Source: Paraspadella gotoi
Lineage: Eukaryota; Animalia; Chaetognatha
Direction: 5' to 3'
Assembly: GCA_051294375.1 (NCBI GenBank)
Contig: CM119268.1
Coordinates: 12,841,770-12,905,769 of the forward strand
Length of the DNA stretch: 64,000 bases
Shown one piece after another: positions 52,057 through 64,000 of the stretch. The notes beneath the pieces are model-generated. The model did no database searches and was not told the origin of the DNA. It saw nothing but the letters and a program-made list of their open reading frames with translations. Made by a program: the position numbers and the translations under genes. Position 1 is the stretch's first letter; the number at the start of each line of letters is the position of its first letter.

Positions 52057-53334
52057 ATGATCGGATATTTCTTGTTAGGGGCGGTCCCGATCGCGGCCGT
52101 CTCCGGAATTTACGCTTACCAGTATCGTCCAGAGATGTTTCTCAAAGCGTTCATTCGTTACCAATTCTTTCGTCGCAAGTTCAAGGTACGGAAGATCACG
52201 ACACCCACGAGGACATTTTGCTACGCCCACCGCCCCTCATCTTCGCCGCGTGATGGACGACCTGCCCTCTTGCTGCTGCATGGCTTTTCCGCCAGCAAGG
52301 ACATGTGGCTTTGGGTCCTAAACTTTCTGCCCACCGATATCGAGGTTTTTCGCTTGTGTCCGAAGATTTTCGATCGTTCCTACTCCCATTATTTGACTTC
52401 ACCGTTTTTTTCCAGGTGATCGCTTTAGACCTACCCGGCCACGGCGAGACAACGACATTTCCTAGCGACGACATTGGCATCGAAGCTCAAGCGGATGCTG
52501 TTCACGACTTTGTCACCTATACCGGTGAAAAAAAAAAAGAACCAGAGTAATATTTTTCCTCTCCATTATCTTGTTTTTATAATGACATTCTGGGTCTTGA
52601 CTTAGGGTTCGACAAATTGTCGCTTCACGTTTGCGGTCCAAGCATGGGCGGCACGATTGCCGGAACTTTTGCCAGTAAATACCCGAACTCTGTCTCTCTC
52701 GCGACTTTGATTTGCCCCGCAATGAAGACTCCGCGACCCAGCAGATTCCAGCACGCTATTTTGAATGGGGGCAAAATCGAGGATTGGCTATTACCTCAGA
52801 ATACGGAACAGGTTCATTGTTCCCGTCGTCCGATTCGTATAGTCGCTTCTATTGACAGCTATATTCTGACCCGCGTAACTTTCGCACAGGTCCAAAATAT
52901 GCTAAATGCGGTGACTCTAAAATCGAAAAAGTTGTCGCCGAAAATGCTGCAGGCGATTCTCAACCTTCGTCTCCCTAAAAACGACTTCTACCGCAGATTA
53001 TGGGCTAAAATGTTGGAAACTATGGAGATGCAAGAAGAGCTGCTGGAGAAATTTGGGAAGGTTACCTCGTGAATTTATTTTACTTATCTTTGATGTTATT
53101 TTGAAGTTTTTACTCGTTGACAAGGTCCAAGTCCCCGGGCAGCTGATCTGGGGCGCCGACGACGCCATTGTTGATCCTTCGGGAGTCGAAATCCTCCTTG
53201 GAAACAATCCCAACGTTCGCGTCGATATCGTCGAGAGCGCTGGACACTCCGTAGCGATGGAGCGACCGAGGAAGCTCGCTAACCTTATAGTCGAATTCCA
53301 AAATCAAGTCATGGCCTCTAATAAGGTCGCTTGA
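52057..53334 (+). CDS. ABHD6: Monoacylglycerol lipase ABHD6-like alpha/beta hydrolase
   Basis: N-terminal TM, LLLLHGFSASKDMW, IALDLPGHGET, nucleophile GPSMGG, LIWGADD and AGHSVAMERPRK. Confidence 0.88.
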
Positions 53335-53569
53335 TCTCAACGCGCTTATGAGGCTTATTGGGATTCTGGGATTTGAGAGCCAGCTATAAAAATTTTAAAA
53401 AATTAGCTATTAGTAATTGAACTTTACCATAGTCTAAATTTGTTATATTTTATCGAAATAGAACTAGTACTAGTTAGGATGTCGTACCTTTTATTTTGAT
53501 TACATTCCATGAACCAATCATAATTTATTTCGTTGTTACCGACGTGGTTTTTCTTTTTAGAGAATAGCG

Positions 53570-55469
53570 ATGAAACGTAAAAGAAATACCAAGAAAGAAG
53601 GTTCTCTCGAGGTTGAGAATATTGAGGACGTCAGCGGTGTCAATGACGTCTCTCTGGAGCCCCTAACCAATGTTCCAAAACGCGGAAAAATCGAATTCGA
53701 TCCAGACCCAGGCGAGGGGGCAGAATTAGATGCACCATCGCGTCTCACTAACGCTGAGGCGGCCGCGTTTTGGTCTTCATGGACCGAGGAAAATGTTCAC
53801 GTGTTGAAACTCGTTGACAACGACGTTGTCATTCGAAATCGCGCCGTTAAGAAATTGAAACAATTTCTAAAGAATCGTTCTGCGGACGAAAAGCGGCCCT
53901 TTGACGAAACGGACATGCTCAAGATCTGGAAAGGCCTGCATTACTGCATGTGGCACTCGGACAAACTGTTGGTACGTTTCGCAACACTTTTTACGTTTTA
54001 TTACGGGAGCAGAGGAATTCGGAAATCGGTTTCTTTACAGATACAACAAGAGTTGGCGGGTGTTCTCGCGGATCTCATGGTCTGCTTTCAAACCACGTCT
54101 TCGGCTTTGCTATTTTTCAAGTGCTTTCTCTTAACTATAGTTCGGTATGACTGAATTCGACTAAGAAAAACCTTCATAAAATTATTAAGTTTAAAATTTT
54201 AGATCCTATCGCTTTTGTTTTGCTCTGCAGCGAATGGGACGGCATTGACGCTCACCGACTTAACAAATTTATGACGTTAATCCGCCGCGTCTTCCGTTCC
54301 ACCATCCTATTTATAAAGCGACATCATTGGGACGCAGAATTAATCAGGTTGGATTATTGACAATATTCTTTATCCCTGTTGCCAGTTTAATTGAGGCTTT
54401 GTTCCATTTTCAGATCGGCTTTGGACACAATGCGTCAGACCGTCCTGCGCCCCAACTCCTCGTCGCCTAACGGCTTAACTTTTCACATGATTGACATTTA
54501 CGTAGATGAACTGACCAAAGTCGGCGGCTCAGTTGGCAAGGACGCCGCCAACAGCTCAATGACCCAAGATGCGTTGATAGATTTTATGCGACCCTTTGTC
54601 GTCTTTTGTTTGAAGGAAAAGAACTCGACGCTTCTCAAAGCGGTCGAAAGGTGTGTTACGGTTGTTCTATTGTCAGAAAGGTCTTTTGCTCACGTGATGG
54701 TTCCCCTCTCAAATTTCAGAGACATTTTCGAAGCCCTCATCTCTCAAGTGGAAGAGGACTTCGTCGACGATTTAGTGGAGGAGGGTTTCGAAAAGCGCGG
54801 GAAGATCGACAAAGTTCCGCTGGGCGGTCCGCGAGACCGCGGTGCAGGCAAGTCAACAACTGTTTATCCGAAATAAAGCCTTTCAGGGATAGTTTCATGC
54901 AAATTAGCAAAAACTCCCCGATTTTTAAAGGCCTCGATCAACCTGGCAACCGCCTCCCTGTCGACTTTGGCCGACTCGGCGAATTCCTCCACAAACTGGG
55001 CGGCGGAAAGCGCGTCCCCGCCGCCAACCGAAAGACGCTCTACCGTCTCGCCGCCAAGTTCGTCAATCTCTCCCAGGGCGTTTACCCCTGGGAGGAGATT
55101 CCGGTTGAAGGGGAGGAGGGACGTCGCCAGGATGGAGGAATGTCGAGGAAGGAAATCGAGGCTGCCGTTGGGAGAATTAGGAAGGAGAGAGAGCGGACGG
55201 TCAATGTGAAAGAAGAGAGAAAGAAAAAGAAAAAAAGAAAGGAGGACGAAGAAGAGGAGGACGAAGAAGAGGAGGAAGAGCAGGAAGAAGGACTCGAAGA
55301 CATGGAAATCGAGAAAGACTCCGTCAATACGACTTCGTCAAAACCGAAAAAATCCAGGAAAATGAGAAAACGGGGAAAACCCTCATCCGGAAAAGAGAGA
55401 AAACAAAAGAAAACGCCCGCGAGAAACTCAATTATGTCGCGATCAGGAGAGTGGACCGTCAAAGAATAA
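53570..55469 (+). CDS. RRP1: Ribosomal RNA processing protein 1 (Nop52 domain)
   Basis: [74 protein letters not shown] and a K/E-rich tail. Confidence 0.92.
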
Positions 55470-55611
55470 ATGCGTTTTTTTTTTAGGGCAATTGATTATT
55501 GTGGTCTCTTGGTAATATTTTTGATTGTTACGTTTGTTTTTGGCAATCTCAAGGTCTTATGTAGGAGATGAAATAGAATGAAAAAACTCATATGACTCGG
55601 CGCCAACGGGA

Positions 55612-58600
55612 ATGAGCGAGCCGAGGGCTCACCCGGTTGGAGTGCCCGAAGGGCGGGATGCTGGGCCATTCGAGCCTCAAGGTCTCGAGAATATTGCGGA
55701 AGAAGAGAACCTCGGACGGTAAATATCTCGTAATTATAATTAATGTAAAGGAGTCAAAAATAAAAATTGTCTATTCATTTAATAAATAAGCTATCTTTCC
55801 CCTGACAGGCTATCAAGATAATAAAATAAGAGATTAAAAATTTCAGGCCCGAGGCGATCATCGGCTCTCGACCGACGAGACGGAGATCCTTTCGACGAAA
55901 TTCTTCCTATTTACGCGGAGATAGCAGGAGACGACGGTGAGGAGTAAAAAACGTGACGATATTACTTGAATTTCATTTTACACAGTTTTAATTCGTTTCA
56001 AATTCGTACTTAGGTCGGACCGGAGAGATTCTGATGTCGGTTCTTCTGAGGACGATGAGGCGGGAACCTCCACTCTTTATAAGAATTTCATGAGAGTAAG
56101 AAAGCGGTTTGAAAAATTGACTTTTAAATTTTAAAAAGTCTTTAGAAGTTTGTGTAAATTCTTCAGCCTTTGATTGAGCACGAAAAATCAACACGAGATC
56201 TCGCTGTCAACGGAGCCGTCGAGGTAAACGAGAAATTCTATCATGTCGTTCTTCCCCACCAACAAAGTGAGCATCTGCTCTGCAAACGCGGACATCTCCC
56301 GAGAGAAAAACGAAAGAGGAAACCTCCTCTTCCCGCCTTCTCTTCCCCCTCCCGTACGCTACCTCAGTACGCCGACACGAGACAGAATCACTTCTTCTGT
56401 TCGCGCTTTTGCGCTCAGTCTCCCGGCTTTTTACGAAAATATTTTTTGATTATTTTTTGTTGAATAATTTTGCATATTTTTCGTTCCTTTTTTTTGGAGT
56501 TCAGAATACAGATATTCTTCGACACGTGGCTTTGAAGTTTTCTCTTCACGGCCGCCATCTTTTTTCGTCTTCGTTGTGCTGGCTTCAGAGGGAAGAGCCT
56601 TGACTCGGCCCTTTCGCTTGCCCTCGACGCACCCTGCGCGGCTGCGGAGGGAAGAGCCGCGACTCGGCCCTCTCGTTTGCCCTCGGCGCTTAGTACGGCT
56701 GCAGGGGGAAGAACCTTGTTTTCGGCCCCCTTGTTTGTCCAGTGCTCTCCGTTTTTTGGACTGAGGCGCGTGTTTTTCAACTCGACTACCCTCATGTCTC
56801 TTCCGCCGCCGCCTTCGCCGCCGCCTCCACCATCAGCCATTCCGGGCTTTTCTGGTCAGGCCGAAGTCATGCCCCTTCAGATGGAGGCAGTTCTCCAAAT
56901 TAGAAACGCTTTTTCTAGCGTTCGTCGCGAATTTAAGGGTTTCCCGCTCGTCTCGTTCCGAATTGGAGAGTCTTCGGCGGTGAGTTCTTTCTTTTCGTTT
57001 TTTTTTTCGCCTTTTTTTGGCGTACATTCGGCGTACAGAGGGGTTTTCTCCTGTGCCCCACCTAACTCGACTTTGTTGTTTGTTTTTTGTCGGGCCTTCG
57101 CCTGGTCTTGTTACAGGCTCACTTTGTTGGTGGGGAAGAACGACATGATAGAATTTATGGTTCCAAATGGAACCGGGATTCTTCATGGTTCTTCCCCACC
57201 AACAACCACCCACCGTCCACCCCTGGCACCACCGGTGGTGGAGGGTGGCTCAGGCTCGCTTGTCTTGTTTGGTGGGGTGTTTTTGGGGTTCTTTTTTTGA
57301 GACTGTCATTTTTCAATGATTTCTCTTTTTTTTCCATGTACGTTTTCTTCATGGTTCTTGGACGCCTCTGTTCGCCATTTCGCCGTTCTTCGTCGGTCTT
57401 CGTTGTACGCCAGCGACTTGGAGTCTTCGCGTTCTTTGGCGGCCTCTTCGGCGGCGGATCGGCCTTCACGCTCCGAGCGGGTGACTGCGTCATGCCTTCC
57501 TCGTCGAGCCCCATCTGCGCAAGTCGACGACGACGCCTCCGTTTCCGGATCAGAGGAGGGTTCCTCCTCTGAAGAGTCTGCTGCGGGGTTGGACAACTTC
57601 TTGTCTCGTCGTGCTTCTGTACAGCCTTCGGAGTGGGTCCTACAGCAGTGGAGGGTTTTGCGCAGAGTTGGCCAGGACGACGTCTTTTTACCGTCGTGGG
57701 ACGTACTTTCCGCCTATACGCGTTTCCGGCGCTGGTCGGATGTCTCTTCGCCGGCGGATTTTCGTCCTCCTGCTCAAAAGAGTTGCCTTGCCGCTCAGTT
57801 GACGCCGTTCGGAAGGACTCCAAGACGACGCGCGCTTTCAAGGCTTTTGAGCGCATCATGAGGGACGCCGGAGCGTCCGCTCATGCTGTCCTTCTTGTCG
57901 CTGACGCTCTCCGCCTCATGGTTGAGCCCTTCGCTCGGAGGGGCCCGGTGCAGTGGACGCAGGCCACCTTGACGATCTTGCCAAGCCCCTTAGAGACGCC
58001 TCGTCGGGTTTGGCGGCGATTTTTGGTTCGGCCCTCTCCGAGTCTCGGCGCTTAGTTGTCGACGCTGCCCCTTCGGATTTCAAGACAGTCTGTCCAGTTC
58101 TCCGCCCTCCACGTCGTTCTTTTTCGGAGACCGCTCCCCAGACGTCACTCAAGCGTTCCATTCTTCGCTTCTCCGCTCGGGGCGCCTCACTATTGCGCCT
58201 GTTCTGTTAGCCGCAAGCATGGGCGTGGCAGTCCGCGTAATCCCGCTCGCCGTCCCTACTGGCCTCGCAAGTTTTCGCCGCCTCCCAAGCGTAGGGGCGG
58301 GACTCCAGGGACGTCAAGGACGCCAACTGATCGCCCGACAGCTCTTTCGGCCGTTGCTTCGTCCGGCCGTCAGTTTCTCCAGACCCGGTTTTCGTCCATG
58401 GACTGGTTCTTTTTGCGGTTTCTCATCCCCCCTTCTACGACGTCCGGTCAAGTGGGCGTGGCACATCACGGAAGTCTTCGCGGGATTCCCCCCTCTTGGT
58501 TTGCTTGGTTACGAGTGATTCTGTCTCGTGTCGGCGTACTGAGGTAGCGTACGGGAGGGGGAAGAGAAGGCGGGAAGAGGAGGTTTCCTCTTTCGTTTTT

Positions 58601-61600
58601 CTCTCGGAGATGTCGCGTTTGCAGAGCAGATGCTCACTTTGTTGGTGGGGAAGAACCATGAAGAATCCCGGTTCCATTTGGAACCATAAATTTTTTTTCC
58701 TGTCACGCTGAATGCTGAGATTAGCTAAATGATTTTTTTTGTCCCCCAAAAAAGGAAATTTGGCGAACAGCTCACGGCTCCGGCAGTGGTTTTAGTAAGT
58801 TCGTCAGTTTATCGCAAAGAAGATCCTCCGGCGATGTTCGTCGGCAATACGATTCGTAAGTCCCTTGAAACGTGAAAGATTATTTTTCTGAAGGTCTTAA
58901 AATACGAATAATACTGTACCGCTTTCCCTCAGTCGCTTTGGAAAAACATTCAAAGTCGGTCCTGTTCTGGCGGTTGCCAAAGCAGGTAGAAGGTTCAAGC
59001 AAAACGTTCGCCACCCTCGGTGAGCAAATTATTGTTACGGTGAAATTTGGACGTGCCTCTATTGCCTTTATTCTAATAGTGTCGAACCTCGCGATATATC
59101 CATGACGACCGCCTCGGCTGTCCGAGCCCTAATGTCAACATCTATTTCTCGACCGGCGGTACGACCCGAAGGTCCGATCAAACGCGGTCGTCGTTTCCTC
59201 GATTACTCCATCGCCGAGGAGGTTGACGTCCGCACAGCCCTCGGTACGAACGAAGATTCTTTTTCTAAAGATCTCGTTAAATGTGTTAAATGATCGCCGT
59301 TGTCATTACAGCGAACAACAACTCCGTTGCTAACAAACTCGTCCAAATTCGTCTCCGACGTCAGATTCGAGCGGAGATAGAAGCCGAGCGCGCCGCTCGT
59401 CCGACTCGACGTTCTTCCCTCTCTCGTAGAAAATCGAGCGGCGCCCCTCTCGGTTCCCAATTTGCCGGCCGGCGTCGCTCCGTCGCCTCCAACCAGAAGG
59501 GGGATTCGACCGCGGGAGCCCCTGTACCCCATGACAACGCGGATGATTTCTCGTCTAAGACGGATATTCTGAAGCGAGCCTCCGTGGCGGTTGAAGAACA
59601 GTTCGAGGAAAGAGCGTCGTTTGGCGATGGATATGACGGCGATTCTGATGACGACGAGGAAGACGACGATGTGTTTGTCAAGAGCGGAGATGACGGTTAG
59701 TTTTTAAAATTTGTTGTCTCCCCAGATGGGCCTTTTGCTTCTTAGTGACGTTATCGTAGTCGTCGTTGTTTTCGTTGTCACGCTTTTTACAATTGTTTAA
59801 AAGTTTGCATTTGTAAGAAGTTAAAAATTCATTCATTTCATTCAACTCGTGTCATTCAACTCGTGTCATTAAACTGAATTGAATCAATAATTTGTTATCA
59901 GCGCATCAATAATTTGTTATTCATCAATAATTCGTTATCATCGTATCAATAATTTGTTATCATCGCATCAATAATTCATTATTATTACATGAATAATCAA
60001 TTACTATCACATAAATAATTCGTTATCGCATCAATATGACTTCCTGGCATGGTTTTGCCAAAAAAATCGTAAACCTACCTAATGGCTGAAATGTAAAAGA
60101 TTAAAAGATGCACTAAAAATGTCAGGGTTTTTTTTTTCGTTCCTTTTTTTGTTTCTCCAGCCCGAATATTAAAGGATCGCTTGAAGCGGATATATTCGCG
60201 GCAAGAATTGGTTGACGTCGCCGCTATTCGTTCGTCGAACCAGATCAAAATCTCCGGTGTCGTCAAAGCAACGCGGCCCACGGTTTGCGGGCCACAAATA
60301 AAAGTAAGACTATAATAGATGCAATTTTTTATGCAACTTCGTGTTAAGACGGTTATAAATTTTAGGACGTCCTGCCGGCTTCTCTTCGGGAACAAGCCAA
60401 AGGCGATCGGCTTTTTATTTTGTCTCACGAACTTCAAAGAGGAAAAAAAGCGGCCAGAGGTAGATCGAAAACTTTTCCCATTGAGATATCTACTTCGAAA
60501 ATATTATATGTTGGTGTATTTTATTATCAGGGGGATTTCTTTACACTCATCTTCAATCGGAAGCGTACCGTCCAACCACCGTCGTTAATGGAATCGTAGA
60601 GAACGTAACTGAAATGACTTTGGAGGAAATTCAGCAAAGGCTCGAGCTCGACCCCTGGGCATTTCTCGATTTAGATCAGGTGTTTTTTTTTTAAACTGCT
60701 TTAAAAATATTTCAAAAGTTTTCTTTACTTCATGTTGTTTTATTATTACTCTAAGGTTTATCGAATGGACGGTTTGAATTTTGCCAACAATTGGCAAGAG
60801 CGGGTTATAAAGAGGAAACTTTTGGCGAGGTTGCAGGTAAACTACGGCGGCGTGTCTACCACGTGAGGGTTGCTTTAGATATACGTATTATCGAATATTG
60901 GCTAATGGCCATTGTCAAGTTATTTCTCCTCTAAGACTACCTGTTGCCTCATGCCTTATTTAGAAACACATTCGCGAGGAACGTGCTTCGGAAAGAAAGC
61001 ATGAGATCTCCATAGAAAGAGAAGTCCGTCGTCGAGCGCTCATGTACAGGTACATTCGTATAGCTGAGAGTTTGTCCCCCTCCCCCCCTGGCTCACTTGA
61101 AATCCTGTGTTCTTTGTTTTTCGCGATGGATTACAGTCATCGGAATTGCAACGAGGAAAAAGAAGATGCCAGCGAACAATCCGTCCCGGATGAACTTCCT
61201 GAAGATCTACAAGATTTTATCCAGGGAAAGGAGGAGGATGAAACCTCGGAGATCAAATCTCCCCCAAGTAAATAAATCCTTTTTCGTGTAAATTTTCCTC
61301 AGCTTTTAGGAATGGTAAGTAACGAGCGCCGCTTTTAGGCCCGGTTCGGTCGGACAGTGCGGAGATAATCATCGGTCGCATCGCGGCGGCGAACCGGTTG
61401 TCTGCAGAGTTCGGACCGCGTTAGGGGAGGAGTTCCGCCAGGGTCGCCCGTAGTAAGGTTAATAATTCAGCAACTTCATTTTATTCTCTCGGTGGAGGTT
61501 GATGTTGATCAGTGACACGACGGAGTAATTTTCCATTCAGAAATCAGTGCGTGACGGACGGATCAAAACGGCGCCGCCGCGGTTGCTTCCGACTCACGGT

Positions 61601-63051
61601 CACTCGGTCGCTCCCGCTCGCGCCGTCAGCTCCTCGTCCGCGCGTGGTCAGGGTTCCCGTGGCGCCAGCGCATCCACAACCGCGTCTGGCGGCTCGCGAG
61701 CCGGCACGCTAAAGGAAGATGATGCCCTATCGCAGTTGCATCAAAACGGCTTTGTTCAACAGCTTCGTCCTCAGCTCGCGCTTTTAGCCGACGAAGATAG
61801 CGAAGATTCCGATGCTCGCGATGAGTTGTCACCCGCTTCGAAGAATCGGGTAAAGAAATAGAAATAAATACCAAAAAAAAAACATGTTACAATCTGTTTT
61901 ACGCTGAAGAAGACTATCAACATCTCCGTTTATACGTATCTAATAAACTTTGCCGTTGTTACAACCAAGACAAACGTTTTTCTTACTCGTAAAAAAAATA
62001 AAAAACTGGTTTATTCAGGTCGCCTTGCTTCGACGGTATCAAGCAAAGAACGCTCCTTTCAGACTGATGTCCCTAAAGAAGTTTCAGCGGATGGAACGAA
62101 AAAAGAAAGCCGGTGCCTCCGTCGATGTCAGGAAAAAAATAGAAGACGACGACGATAAAACGATCACCGTAGAAACATTCAAGGAGGCCCCTGATTCCTC
62201 GACCCCGCAACTTCAAGGGGCGCCGTCTTTGACACAAAAGAATACAACTTTAAAAACATCGATCTCAGACGAGTCTAAAAACGGCTCAAGTTCGACTCAC
62301 AAAATGTCTAACCCAAAACCACCTCTTCTTAACTCATCGCCTCCCGGATCGCCTTCAACTGCCGACGAGACACCAACGCGAACCATCTCCTCTGCGCCCG
62401 GTCAATTGAACTCCGCACGAGCTCCCACTAAGCTTCCTCCCGTCATTCCGGAGGGATCTCTGCGAACGTGTCTATCGACGCCGCCTGCCGAGGCGTCGAC
62501 GAAGCCAGGAAAACTCGGTCATTCGCCAGCGACAACGCCGCGTCCTTCTGCACCCTCGATCCCTTTGCCCCCTCGGTCGCCGTCTCGTAATCGCCGTCCC
62601 AAATCGGGGGATGATGCGAACGAGGACGACTCGCCGCCCATCGGTAATCTCAAGATTTCGGGCTCGTCGGCGACGCTTAATCGAGGAGAAAATCTGAGTA
62701 ACGCGTCTTCTGTTGATATTTTCAAGGTGCTTTTCTCTTATTTTTGATTAAATCGATTTTTTCTTCTTATTTATATTCTTTTTTGATTAGCCAATAAACC
62801 TTCGACGTTATATCAAGCGTCATCAAAGTATTCCACCCAAGTGCCGAAAATTCGTTTACATTCCAGCTCCGTCACACGGTTTACAGGTTTGTTTTTCAGT
62901 AATTTTTTCTTTTCTATTGATAACCTTTATACATGTACGTAGTATAATGTCATGTATTTAGGTATTACCCCCGACGATGCTCGAGGCTGAGCTTCTTTCC
63001 GAGCGATTTCCTACCTCTCGTCAGCAGGCGCTGCTGAAAGAGGATATCTGA
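55612..63051 (+). CDS. Uncharacterized multi-exon protein (low complexity, S/P/R-rich), host of the DIRS-like element
   Basis: A chain of GT-AG-bounded GC-rich exons running from MSEPRAHPVG through ANKLVQIRLRRQIRAEIEAE and LEEIQQRLELDPWAFLDLDQ to ...QQALLKEDI*. No recognisable domain. It could be more than one gene. Confidence 0.55.
56233..58692. mobile_element. Non-autonomous DIRS1-like (tyrosine-recombinase class) retroelement in an intron
   Basis: ITRs at 56248-56392 and 58514-58656. The internal complementary region 57117-57205 equals the reverse complement of the joined right and left ends. AAATT occurs at both junctions and, as its complement, at the ICR centre. Confidence 0.88.
57316..58210 (+). 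pseudogene. Frameshifted gag-like ORF remnant of the DIRS-like element
   Basis: Overlapping ORFs 57316..57861, 57633..58055 and 57953..58210 give natural-looking helical segments in successive frames (WVLQQWRVLRR; FERIMRDAGASAHAVLLVADALRL; LDDLAKPLRDASSGLAAIFGSALSESRRLV). The gag assignment is inferred from context only. Confidence 0.4.
59716..60035 (+). mobile_element. Degenerate family B Helentron/DINE-like fragment
   Basis: tgcttcttagtgacgttatcgtagtcgtcgtt and ttatcatcgcatcaataat units, as in the other family B copies. Confidence 0.5.
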
Positions 63052-63328
63052 CGGAGAAAAATAAACAATATCGCACCAAAATTTTACGAAAATTTTTATT
63101 TCTAAATGTTTACACAGCTTTATAACATTATAACAAATACTGCCATAAATTTTACAAAGAGAATTATTATTCTTTGCGACTGCATTTTTACTATGCCCAA
63201 CTGGTGTCCTTGTCGACTTAATATTTGATCACGTTACCTCTTTACTAAATCTACTTATCACTTTTTTCGCGGAAGTTTTAATCGCGTGTTTTCACATAAA
63301 GCCTTTTTCCGAGCCGCCATTTGATAAT

Positions 63329-64000
63329 ATGGCGGGGATTCCACCGACGCCACAACAAAACGACATCAAAGACATTTTTGAGTCTATGGAATACGGGCCG
63401 GCGCCGGAAGCCCAGGATGCCGCCAATCAATGGCTGGAACGCCGCGACCGAAAATTGGGACACTTTATCGATGGAAAATGGGTAGGTTGATGACAAAATT
63501 CCATTTTTCTCTAAATTTTCAACTTTTCGCGATTTCTCAAGGTCACACCCGCGGACCGGAAAACCTACGAGACAAAATGCCCTGCCACCGGAGAGACTTT
63601 AGCCTCCACCCTCCAAGGGTCGTCGGGCGATGTCGATATGGCTGTTGCCGCCGCCCGTCAAGCCTACATCGACTGGAGTCAATTACCTGGTCACGTGCGT
63701 GCTAGGCACATGTACAGTGTTGCCCGACACGTTCAGAAGCATCAACGTCTCCTCAGCGTAATGGAGTCGTTGGACAACGGAAAGTCCATTCGCGAGACGC
63801 GCGATTGCGACGTCCCGCTCGTCGTGCGACACTTTTACCACCACGCCGGGTGGGCGCAACTCATGGATAAAGAAATGGCTGGATGGAAATCGTTAGGTAG
63901 GTTTCCTCGCATAATTGGTCAACGATAACGGAATCAGATGGTGGCTTGCAAGTTATTGTTCACTATTCAAACTACTATTCCAACCTTCATTTAGGAGTTG
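63329..64000 (+). CDS. ALDH16A1: Aldehyde dehydrogenase family 16 member A1, 5' exons
   Basis: IKDIFESMEYGPAPEA...WL...LGHFIDGKW and WSQLPGHVRARHMYSVARHVQKHQRLLSVMESLDNGKSIRETRDCDVPLVVRHFYHHAGWAQL are ALDH16-specific. Confidence 0.92.

Noticed and set aside
10428-55462. Numerous Ser/Phe-rich minus-strand ORFs (e.g. 10428..10748, 14400..14735, 55082..55462)
   Set aside because: They are antisense shadows of Glu/Lys/Asp-rich plus-strand exons. I found no independent minus-strand gene, tRNA or rRNA.
57155-57859. 234-aa minus-strand ORF in the DIRS-like element as a recombinase or RT
   Set aside because: It has R/P/K-biased antisense composition and no RT (YxDD) or tyrosine-recombinase (R..HxxR..Y) motifs.
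11540-59655. CTGATGA hammerhead-core words (e.g. ~11543, ~30007, ~59645)
   Set aside because: All fall in coding exons, without the flanking helices and correctly placed GAAA of a hammerhead.

Overview
Gene-dense eukaryotic (animal-like) DNA with many short (~45-100 nt) spliceosomal introns and AT-rich, repeat-filled larger introns. The organism cannot be identified from the sequence alone. I find 19 protein-coding genes, all on the + strand and mostly separated by only 40-600 nt: PSMD2 (3' part), RSPRY1, MFSD9, MFSD6-like, TYW1, a C2H2 zinc-finger gene, a DUF389 gene, TMEM218, tectonic, an ER-type JmjC/EF-hand gene, FAM102/EEIG, TRIM37-like, BAP18, POLR3H, USP3, ABHD6, RRP1, an unknown gene and ALDH16A1 (5' part). 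The most notable non-coding signal is a ~250-nt structured element present in two introns that carries a type-P5 twister ribozyme fold. The fold is complete where the element is antisense to its host gene (28586-28666, - strand). It lacks its catalytic strand where the element is sense to its host gene (17407-17639). The window also holds a non-autonomous DIRS-type retroelement (ITRs, ICR, AAATT core), two Helentron/DINE-like families and several nested MITEs. Gene coordinates are spans from first to last codon including introns. They were read by eye and may be off by a few bases.
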